Positions 10,201-22,200 of a stretch of 64,000 nucleotides of DNA are shown in pieces. The notes beneath the pieces are model-generated. The model worked only from the letters and a program-made list of their open reading frames with translations, ran no database searches and was not told the origin of the DNA. A program made the position numbers and the translations under genes. Position 1 is the stretch's first letter. Every line of letters begins with the position of its first letter. Source of the DNA: Candidatus Woesearchaeota archaeon. Its GTDB lineage: Archaea; Nanobdellota; Nanobdellia; Pacearchaeales; GW2011-AR1. Where the stretch lies: positions 6,373 to 70,372 of the forward strand of contig CAZSPD010000001.1 of NCBI GenBank assembly GCA_964608765.1, written 5' to 3'.

Positions 10201-13200
10201 ACATCTTCAACAGGAGCAACAGGAACTTCATTATACGGAGGTAATGGAGGAACAGGATCACAAAATCCTGCAGGAACTTCAGGAAATGGAAGTAATTATG
10301 GAGGTGGTGGTGCAGGATTAAGAAGAACTTCTGGAAATAGAATTGGTGGAACAGGAGCACAAGGTTTTGTACAGATAATTTATCAAGAGACTCCGGACAT
10401 AACTCCTCCAACTTATAATAGTGTTTCAGTAGATACGATTTATTCAGACACACAAGCAACTTTTTCAATTAATGTTTTAGATAATTCAAATATTCATCCT
10501 ACAGGAGGATACATATTTTCAACAAATAATTCAGGTTCATGGACTAATGATACATTCGTTATTTTCACTGAAACTCCCTCGTGGGCAAATACAACCAAAT
10601 CACTTAATCCAAATCCAGGAACGAATGTAGGTTATAGATGGTATTTTAATGATTCTTCAGGAAATACTGCCTCAACTCCAATTTATACTTTAAGAACAGA
10701 AAAAGAACCAGGTTCAAAATACACTATTAATTCAACAGGAAGTGCATCTGTTTATGCTGTGGGAACAACTTCTTCAAATAGATGGGCAGCAGGAACAGCT
10801 TCGAGTGTTGCTCAACGAGCAAACATGTCCTTGATTGATAATAGGTATGCAAGGGTTGCAACAACAGCAAATAATAGATATCCTTTTTACAGATTTAATT
10901 TTACAATAGAAGAACAAGTTTTTACAATTTCTTCTATTTTCATAAGATTCACAGGATATAAAACTTCTAGTCAAACAGCAACACTTTATGTATGGAATTT
11001 TGCAACTAGAAATTGGGTTCTGATAAGTGATATCCCAGACTCCCCTTCAGATGTAACATTAAACATAACAAATAATATTGGAGATTATATTGATGATAAT
11101 CAACAATTAGTAATTATTGCAGAAGGTAATCGTTTTTCAGCTAGAGGGAATTCAATATTTGTAGATTATGTAAGTGTTAATGTCCTTTATGAAGAAGATA
11201 CAACCCCCCCAACTTATAACAGTGTTTCAATAGATAATATTTATTCAGGGGAATTAACAATATTTTCAATTAATATTTCAGATAATGCAGCGCTTCATCC
11301 AAATGGAGGATACATATTCTCAACAAATAATTCAGGCTTATGGGTGAATGATTCATTTGTTAGCTTTACTGAAACTCCCTCGTGGGCAAATACAACCAAA
11401 TCACTTAATCCAAACAAAGAGACAGCTGTAGGTTATAGATGGTATCTTAATGATTCTTCTGGAAACACTGCTTCAACTCCAATTTATACTTTAACTACTT
11501 TAAGGCTTCCCCAGATTTTTATTTATAATTTTACAGGGAGTGGAACTTGGAGAGTTCCAGATAATGTTGAAAACAATAATATTACAGTAAGAGTGTGGGG
11601 GGGCGGGGGAGCAGGTGCAGGATTAACAGCTACTGGATATGGAGGTGGTGGAGGTGGCGGAGCATTTGCATCTTCTAATATAATTGTAACTCCGGGAGAA
11701 AACCTAAGAATATATGTAGGAGGTTCTGTAGCAGGAACAACTGGAAATGGTGCAAATGGAATTCAAAGTAATGTCTCGTGGCAAAATAATACTCTTGCAG
11801 TTCGTGCTGCTGGAGGAAACGGAGGAACAACAACTGCAGGAGGTACAGGAGGAACAGTTGCAAATAGTTTAGGTACAATAAGGTATGCAGGGGGAAACGG
11901 TTTTAGACCAACATCTGGAACAACAGGTGGAGGAGGTGGAGGGGGTGCAGGAACAACAGGTACAGGGGGAAGCTCTACTTCTCAAATAGGTGGAACAGGA
12001 ACTTTAGAATTCGGAGGAGATGGTGGAAATGGAGGGGCTTTAAACGGTAATGGTAATCCAGGACAAAGTTATGGAGGAGGTGGTGGAGGTACTAGAAGAA
12101 CTTCTGGAAATAGAGTTGGTGGGGGAGGAGCACAAGGTTTTGTACAAATAATATATTTTGGTGAAGAAGATATAACACCTCCAACATACGGGGACCCTTC
12201 AACTGATAATATTTTTTCAGGAGAATTGACAACATTTTCTATTGAAGTTTCAGATAATGCAGCACTTCATCCAAGAGGAGGATACATATTTTCAACAAAT
12301 AACTCAGGTTCGTGGGTTAATGATTCATTTGTTAGCTTTACTGAAACACCTTCATTAGCTAATTCAATAAAAACTCTCCACTCAACTGTTGGAGCAGTTG
12401 TAAGTTATAGATGGTATTTTAATGATTCTTCAGGAAATACTGCCTCAACTCCAATTTATACTTTAAGAACAGAAAAAGAACCAGGTTCAAAATACACTAT
12501 TAATTCAACAGGAAGTGCATCTGTTTATGCTGTGGGAACAACTTCTTCAAATAGATGGGCAGCAGGAACAGCTTCGAGTGTTGCTCAACGAGCAAACATG
12601 TCCTTGATTGATAATAGGTATGCAAGGGTTGCAACAACAGCAAATAATAGATATCCTTTTTACAGATTTAATTTTACAATAGAAGAACAAGTTTTTACAA
12701 TTTCTTCTATTTTCATAAGATTCACAGGATATAAAACTTCTAGTCAAACAGCAACACTTTATGTATGGAATTTTGCAACTAGAAATTGGGTTCTGATAAG
12801 TGATATCCCAGACTCCCCTTCAGATGTAACATTAAACATAACAAATAATATTGGAGATTATATTGATGATAATCAACAATTAGTAATTATTGCAGAAGGT
12901 AATCGTTTTTCAGCTAGAGGGAATTCAATATTTGTAGATTATGTTGGAGTTACTACATATTATGTAAAAGATGTTATTCCTCCATCTTATAGTAGTGTTT
13001 CTGTAAACAACACTGAACCAGATGAGCCTGCAAGATTTTCAATTAGAGTTTCAGATAATATTGCACTTCATCCAAGAGGAGGATATATCTTTTCAACAAA
13101 TAATTCAGGTTCATGGATGAATGATTCATTTGTTAGTTTTACTGAAACTCCTTCATGGGCAAACGTGACAAAGATATTATCTCAAGAGGAATTAATACCT

Positions 13201-16200
13201 ATTGGTTATAGATGGTATTTTAATGATACTTCTGGAAATACGGTTTCAACTCCAATTTATACTTTAAGAACAGATGCTTATCCCCCTTCTGCATCTCAAG
13301 TTCAATGTGAGAGAGCAGGTTCTTGGAGAGATTGTAGTACATTTAAATTTTCAGATACAATTACTAGAGTTAGAATTAGCTGTGGAGGAGAAGTTATAAA
13401 TGCAGGATTTAATTTAATTAATATCCCAGATTCTCGAACTTTTTTTAATTCAAACTCAACTTCAAATGAGGGGAATTGGTGGATATATGATAATGCAGAT
13501 TTAATTATAAATGATTCAGGAACATTTAACTTAACTGGGGTGTGTTATGGCCCTTCTTCTCAAACAGAAAGCTTCGTAAATTGGACTGTTCCTTGGGGAA
13601 GATTAGAGGTAGACTTAGTTAATCCAAATATGAATACAAATGTAAACCCTAATGAATTTTTTGATTTTACAGCAAGTGTAAGATGTGTTGAAGGAGAGTG
13701 TGGATTTGTGAATATTACTTTAGATCCTACTGACTCCTGGTGGAATAAAGAGTATGAAAATAGGAGATTGATAAACATAACTAATCCAAGTAATTCAATT
13801 TTAGTTCAAAACTATACGATGCTTGTTGTTGTAGATACAACAGGAGAAGAATTCAAATCTAATGGAGATGATTTAAGAATAGTATACTGGAACGGTACTC
13901 ACAATATAGAAATAGATAGATACAACAGCACATCATTTGATGACCCTTCAACAGAGATTTGGTTTAGGATACAATCTAATATTTCATCTAGGGGGTATAG
14001 TGATAATTATTACATATACTATAATAATAAAGATGCATTAAATCCTCCAAGCAATGGAAGTAGAGTCTTTGAATTTTTTGATGATTTTAATAGACCAAAT
14101 AGTGGGACAATAGGAAATGGGTGGACAGAAACTTCAGGAACATGGGATATTTTAAATGGAAAAGTAAGAAATACTTATGGAGGAGATAGTGATTTAACAA
14201 GAACAACCATTACAGACAATCACTCTTTAAGAGCAATAGCAACCCCTGTGGTTTATGATGCAGATTTTAAACTTTCAATACGTTCTTCGACTTCTTTTAC
14301 ATCTGGATACACTTTTGGTTATCAAAATAATTACATGGAGCTAACCACAGAAGGACACACTACAAACAATTTAGGCTCTTCACCTTTTTCAATAATTGAA
14401 GGAAATACTTATGAAATAGAAATAAATACTGTGGGGAATAGAATAGTTGCATATGCAAACGGAAATATTATTTTTAATTTGACCAACACTGCTTTTTCTT
14501 CAGGAAGAATGCTTCTTCATTCATGGGATATTACTGATTTTGATGATGTTTGGCTAAGAAAATTAATTGACATAGAGCCAGTTTATTCTTTAGGAGCACA
14601 AGAAAAAGTTTCAAAAGGAATTTTATCTACTGTCGTAGGAGATATTCCATTTTACACCACTTCAAGAAATCCCATGGATTATAGAGGAACAAGTTGTTTA
14701 TCAGATATGAAATCAGGAGATGTTTGCGATGTAACTTGGCACGTGAATTCAACAGGAAAAATAGGTTCTATATGGGAGTTTTTTGTCTTTGCAAACACAA
14801 CTAATTATACAAATTATTTTAATTCTAGTGATACTTCTTCTTATATAAATATCACTATTGGAAATCTTCCTCCAGAAATCCCAGAATTAAATTTTCCTGC
14901 AAACAACAGTGCTCTAACAACTATTGGAGAATTTAATTGGAGTAATTCAAGAGACCCTACAGGAGATACTGTATATTATATGATTCAAATAAGTAATTCC
15001 CCTGAATTTACTAATTTAATTTACTCAAATTATAATATTCCAGAACAAGACACTATTACAGGGATCACTCCAACAGGAATCACTCAAGAAGGAGCATACT
15101 ATTGGAGAGTTTTAGCAACTGATTTAAAATCAAATTCTTCATGGAGTGAAACAAGAATATTTTATTATGATTTAAGCCCTCCAATAGTTAATTTAATTTC
15201 ACCAGAGCATAACTCAATTATAACTTACTCAAATACAATAGACTTTATATTTAATGTAAATGATTTATCAGATATTCAAAGATGTGATTTAATTATTAAT
15301 GACTCTGTAAGAGATACTTTAATAGATGTTGAGAAAAATACTAATGTAACATTTACTTTTTCTCTTTTAAATTCATTTTATAATTGGAGAATAACTTGTG
15401 CTGATTCAGCAGGTAGAGAAGGATATTCTGAGACTAGACTTTTAAATGTAGATGTTTCAAATAATCCTCCAAAAGTGGGGAAAATAGAGTGTGAGAAAAA
15501 AGGAGTCTGGCAAAATTGTAGCTCAATAGTATTTGGAGATACACTAACAAGAGTAAGAGTATTTTGCTCAGATCCAGAAGAATCAGTAGGAGAAGGAGTA
15601 GTAAATGCATCTATTAATTTAACAAATATTCCAGATGCACATACTTTCTTTGAGGAACTTAGTTTTGAAGAAGATGGATATGGTTTTTGGATGTTTAATA
15701 ATCTTAATTTTAAAATAAATGACTCAGGAGAATTTATTATTTATGCTACATGTTATGATGAGGATGCTCTCTCAGGAACAAACTCTACAAGTTGGAATGT
15801 TCCCTGGGGAACATTTGCTATTGATTTAATTAATCCCAACTCAGATATAAAAGTTCTGAAAGATAACTTTTTTACATTTAGCTCAAGAATAAAATGTATT
15901 AATGGAGAGTGTGGAAATGCAAATGTAACTCTAGACCCCCCTAATTGGTGGAATGAAACATGGAGTTCTAGAAAAACAATTAATATTACTAACTCTGGAG
16001 AAACTTCTCTTTTAAATTTCCCAATTTATATTAACTTATCTAAAGAACCAGAAATGCAAGCAAACTTTAATGATATTAGATTCATCAATGGTTCTTGTGG
16101 TTCTACAGGTAATTATTTGTATTTAGATTATGAAATAGAAAACTATACTTCTTCAAAAGCAGATGTCTGGATAAATATTCCTCGTTTTTCTCCAGGAGTA

Positions 16201-19200
16201 AATCAAATTTGTATGTATTATGATAATCAATTTGCACTGTCTGGACAAAATCCAATTAGAGTCTGGGATAATAGTTATTTGACTGTACAACACTTAGAAG
16301 AAACAGGAACAGGAATAAGGTATGATAGTAAATATAGAAGAAATTTTACTACAACAGGGTATGATAATGATGAAAATGTTTTTGGGATAATTGGAGGAGC
16401 AGACTTATTAGATGGAGTTAATGATGCACTTACTTCAGGAAATAGTTTCTTAAATAATTTGGGAGCATTCACAATTGAAGGATGGATTAAACCCCGTGCA
16501 TGGGGTTCAAGAGTTAGTTTTGTTGGACAAAATGATCTTGTAGAATTTTTCTTAGATGGTTCAAACACCATCTCAATCTGGACAGCTAATGGTGGAAGTA
16601 CTTCTACTTCTTATCCTTTCTCATTAAACACCTGGCATTATTTATCTGCAACTGGAACAGGAAGCAATATTTTAATTTACCTCGATGGAGTACAAGTAGC
16701 TTCAGGAGGTTCAAGCACTTCTAATTATGGAACTTCAACATATCACGTTAAAATTGGTGAAGGTGTAGTAGATGCATCTGGAGGATTTTTTAATGGTACA
16801 ATGGATGAAGTACGTATATCAAACATTTCCAGAAGTGCAGACTGGATTAGTCAATCTTATCAAATAATTAATAATCAATCTAATCTTGTTTCATTTGGGA
16901 TTAAAGAAGAAAAAACAAAAGGAATAATATCCACAGTAGCAGGAACAACTCCTTTTTACACAACAACTCCTAATCCTTTAGATTCAACAACATTTAGTTG
17001 TTTAGAAAATATGAAATCTTCAGGAGGTTCTTGTGATGTAAGCTGGAATGTTAATGCAACAGGAGAATTAAATTCAGTATGGAAGTTTTTTGTTACATCA
17101 AATAACTTGAATAACCAAGAATATTATAATACAAGTTCAAAATCTAAAGAAATAAACATTACAATATCCAGCCAAATACCTCCGACTGTACCTCAACTCT
17201 ATCGTCCATTAAATAATACAGCATATCCTGTAATTCCTAATTTAAATTGGACAAACTCAACAGATCAAAATAGAAGTAAAATATATTATATAATTGAAGT
17301 TAGTGATAATTATGATTTTTCAACAATAGTCTTTGCTAACTACAGTATTCCAGAGACTTCATCACCTACAGGAATTACCCCTACAGGAATAAGTCAAGAA
17401 GGAGCATATTATTGGAGAGTTAAATCTTCAAATTTAAATTCAAATTCTTCTTGGAGTGAAACAAGAGTATTTTATTACGATACTTCTGCACCTCAAATAA
17501 ATTTTATTAATCAAACAGGAGAAGATAATCGTCACATTAACAATACTAATTGGCTAAATAGGGGAGAGAATCTGACAATCTTTATTGATGTAACTGATAT
17601 TAATACAAATTATGTTTGGGTTGTAGTGTGGCAATCTATTGTAGGAGGAGTAGAAAAATTAAAGATATTCTTTAATAAAATAGGGGATTCATTATGGAAA
17701 GCAGAAATTTCAACAAATCAAACTTGGGATGATTCTTACAATTATACAATTTACGCAAATGATACTGTTGGACATCTAACAAATTATACATCTAATTTTA
17801 CTGTTTTAGGAGGAAACACTTCAATTTACTTAACTGAAGATTATGTAGTTCCTCCTTCAAATGTCTCTGTTTACGGGCACGCTTATCTTTCAAATTCAAC
17901 AGCTCTTTCAAATCATCCAATTAATATTTGGGTGGATGGAAAGTTTTTATTTTTACAAAATTTAACTCCTGAAGGAGAAGATTATATATTCTATAAACAA
18001 TTTTTAGAAACTTCTAACTCTGAATTTTCTCAAGGAACTTTTTATAATACAGAGGTTCAAAACAATCAAAATTTAATTTTATCAGATGGAGAAGCTTATG
18101 GGGAATTTACTAAAATATTAGATGCAGGAGCAATAGTGCATTGGGATAATCTCTCTTGGAATTTTCAAGGAGCCTCTTGTTCAGGAGTTTATACTTATCA
18201 ACACGGAGACACTAATGGATATTTAGGAACTGAGGATAGTTATATCAGTAGTGGATTCCCAAACATTAATTATGGTTCTAGTAATTCAATAATAGTTGAT
18301 GGTTCACCAACTTCTGAAAGAGGGTTAATTTTATTTAAAAATATAATTGGAAAAAGATTTAATCAAATCCCTGAAAATTCAACAATAAATAGTGCGAATT
18401 TAGCTTTTTATATTTCAGATACTGGAGACCAAGTTGGAGTTTACCAAGTTTTAGAAGAGTGGAATGAAAATTCAGTTACATATAATAATAGAGGAACAGG
18501 AAGCCCGTGGAGTTCTGCAGGATGCAGTGGAAGTCCTTCCCGTGCTATAATGCCTGATGATACTTTTACTGCAATAGTCCTTGGAAAATACACTGTAAAC
18601 ATTACAAATTCTTTAAAGAACTGGGTTTCAGGGCAAGAAAATTATGGATGGGTATTTAATATGCCTACAAGTAATGGTATTGAAATTAGAAGTAAAGAAT
18701 ATATTGAACTTTCAGAGAGACCTCTTTTAACAGTAGATTACGAGTCAGATGAATGTACTGATGTTCGAGTGTATATTAGAACTTCTAATAATAAACTAAC
18801 TTGGACAGAGTGGAGAGAAGTGTCTAATTTAGATTCAATAAATGATCCTAATATTTATAGCAGATATCTTCAGTATAAAGTAGAGCTATCTTCAACTAGC
18901 ACTTCTTTAACACCTACACTTGAAGATTTAACTTTCCATTATACTGCTTTAACAACAGACTCAAATGGTGATTACAATTACACCCTTGTATCACCATCAG
19001 GATTTGGATATCATAATGTAACTGTTAATACTGGTTTTAGTACAATATTTATTGAGAATACTACTAGCTTTTTTGTTCAAGCAGGATTACCTCCAAATGT
19101 TTCTTTAATTTACCCTGGAAACAATCACTGGTTCTCAGAGGAAGAGTTAACATTAATTTATAATGCATCTGACTTAAATGATGATATTATTCTTTCTGAA

Positions 19201-22200
19201 TTAATTATTAATGGGGTGGTTAATAGAACAAATTCTACTCCTATAATAAATAATGAGTATAATGAATTTATAATTAATCTTGAAAGTGGAGTGTATAATT
19301 GGACAGTCAATGTAACAGATAGTTCTGGATATACTGCCACAGCCCCTTTAAGAATATTTTATGTTGATTTAATTAATCCAAATATTTCCTTAGTATATCC
19401 TAGAGAAGGAGATTCGTTTGTTCTTAGTGAATTGAATTTAAGCTTTAATGTAACAGATAATATGGCAACTAACTTGAGTTGTAGTGTTACACTTGATGGA
19501 GAAGTAATTCATCCTTTAATTTGGGCAACAAGCCACACTATAACCAATGTTTCTTCTGGACCACTCACAGGAGGAGCCCATTATTGGAATGTAACCTGTA
19601 CTGATAATGCCTTGAGGAGTTTTACAAGTCCAACACTTAGCTTTGACATTTCAGATACTCCTCCAGAAGTTGTTTTAATTTTACCTGAGCCGGATTATTT
19701 AGATAGTGATGGAGAAGTTTCATTTACATACACTGTATCAGATAATTCAGGAATTTTAAATTGTAGTCTTTATATAGATAATGTCTTTAAACAAGCAAAT
19801 TCAACACCTGTGATAAATAATCAAGAAAACACTTTTAATATTCAGGGACTTTCAGAAGGAATTCATAACTGGACTGTTGAGTGTTTTGATTTAAGTTCAA
19901 ATTCTCATAAACCGTCTCCACTTAGTTTAAGAGTAGATTTATACAGCCCTTCTATAACTCTTAATTATCCAATGAATCTAGGAACTTCACTAACTTCAAA
20001 TGTTTATTTTAATTTTACAGTTGTTGACAGCTTTGACCCTTATTTAGATTGTAATTTAACAATAAATGGTTTAGTAGTAGACACATTTAATGCAACTTCA
20101 GGAGTAATGACTTCAAGATTAATTGAAAAACTTGCCGATGATACTAAGCTTTGGAGTGTGAGTTGTGTGGATGAAGCAGGGCATCTTGGAACTAGTTTAA
20201 CTTGGAGAGTAAATATAACAGAAGCTCCTAAAGTTGTACTTAACACATTAAATAATTCAAGATATAATTCTAATACAATTACTTTAAATTACACCCCTAG
20301 TGATAATACAGGTATAAGCTCGTGTAGCTTATATTTAAATGGGAATTTAAATCAAGTAAATCAGTCTCCTGTTTTAAATAAAATGCAAAACTCTTTTTCA
20401 GTTAATAGTCTTCCAGAAGGAATATATAATTGGTATGTTGAATGTAAAGATTATATAGGATTATCTAATCAATCTGAAACAAGAATATTTTACATAGATA
20501 GAACAGGCCCACTAATTGAAGTATTTTATCCTAGAGGAGATGATGTTTACAATTCAAATATTACATTTAACTTTACTGCAATAGATTATCTTGATACAAA
20601 TATACATTGTAATATTACAGTAAATTCTTCTGTAGTTGATTCAAATATCCTTGTATCTAATGGAACTCTTATAAGTAGAGAAGTTTCAGGAATAAGTGAT
20701 GGATACAATGTCTGGAGTGTAACTTGTTGGGATAGTTTAGGAAATGCAAATACTAGTCCAATCTTTGATTTTATAAGATACACTCATCCAAAAGTAACTT
20801 TAATTTCTCCTGAAAATAATACTTGGTTTAATACAAGTTCTTTTAATTTAACTTATTTCCCTGAAGATGATGGAGGTATAATTAGTGCTTCTCTTTATAT
20901 AAATGGAATTCATAATAGAAGTAATTCAACTATTATAACTAATAGAGCAAATAATGTATTTGAGATAAATGGATTCCCAGAAGGTTCTTACTTTTGGAAT
21001 GTAAATGTTACTGATACAACTTATTTAACTGGAATAGATGAAGAAAGAAGATTCTATGTGGATACAACTCCTCCAAACATTCAATTAAACTCACCTTATG
21101 AATCAGAAGTAATAACCACAAATAATGTTACATTTGATTTCAAAGTCTGGGATAATCTTGCAGAACACATTACTTGTGAATTTACCTTAAATGAAGAATT
21201 AGAATCTTCTAGAGTTTACATTAATGATTCAGGAGCACAATTTTATTCTATTTTAAGAGATGGAGATCACTCTTGGAGTATTAGGTGTATAGATAATGCA
21301 TCTAACCATGTTTATAGTGGAGAGATTGAGTTTAGTGTTAAAGCTCCCCCAATAGTTTCTTTAATAAGTCCAGAAAATAATTCAAGAACAGCAAGCTCAG
21401 AGATTGATTTTTCATACATCCCTTATGATTTAATAGGAATTACAAGTTGCAGATTTTACTTAGACGGAGAACTAAATTCAACAAATAGTCTTATCTCAGA
21501 GAATATAATCAATAATTTTAATATAAAAGGAATTTCAGAAGGAATTCATAGTTGGACTGTAAACTGTAGTGATTCAGATAATAATTGGAACTGGTCTGAA
21601 GAAAATATTTTTTATAGAGACATAACTCCTCCTTCAATTATTCTACACACACCTGAAAATGATACTGGCATTGATTCTAATTTAGACAGAATTTATTTTA
21701 ACTGGACTGCAATAGATATTTTAGATGATTCTCTTCAGTGTAATTTAACACTAGATGGAATAACTAGGAAACAAGATATTTGGATAACAAGTGGTATTTC
21801 AAATAGAGAGTATATTTTTACTTCAACTTTAGAACAAGGAGCACATTACTGGAATGTAACTTGTTGGGACCAAGTAGGAAATGCAAATACAAGTGAATTA
21901 AGAGTGTTTAATTTAACCTACCCTGATTTTTTAGTTAGTGACTCTGAAATATTTTTAAATGAAAGTTTACCTAAGGAAAACCAGCCTATTGAAATCACTG
22001 CAACAATACGTAATCTCGGAGGAGTAGATGTAGGAAATGTAACGGTCAGTTTTTATATAGGAGATCCTGATTTAGGAGGATATAAATTATCTCCAGATAC
22101 ATTTATAGCTATTACTAAATTCGGTGCAGTTAATGTTACTAAGTCTTGGACTCCTGAAATAGGTTCTTCAGAAGTGTTTGTTATTGTAGACCCTCCACTT

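Noticed and set aside
8779-13275. Regularly recurring DNA repeats considered as a CRISPR array or a DGR template/variable pair
   Set aside because: The repeats are long, in frame and protein coding. There is no repeat-spacer pattern, no cas or reverse transcriptase gene, and the 541-bp copies show no adenine-specific mismatches.
8933-20783. Short antisense and alternate-frame ORFs inside the giant gene, some repeated (MYLNYLQLFLL.., MTRSFISCES..)
   Set aside because: Shadows of the repeated GGA/GGT/ACA-rich coding strand; they recur only because the sense modules recur.
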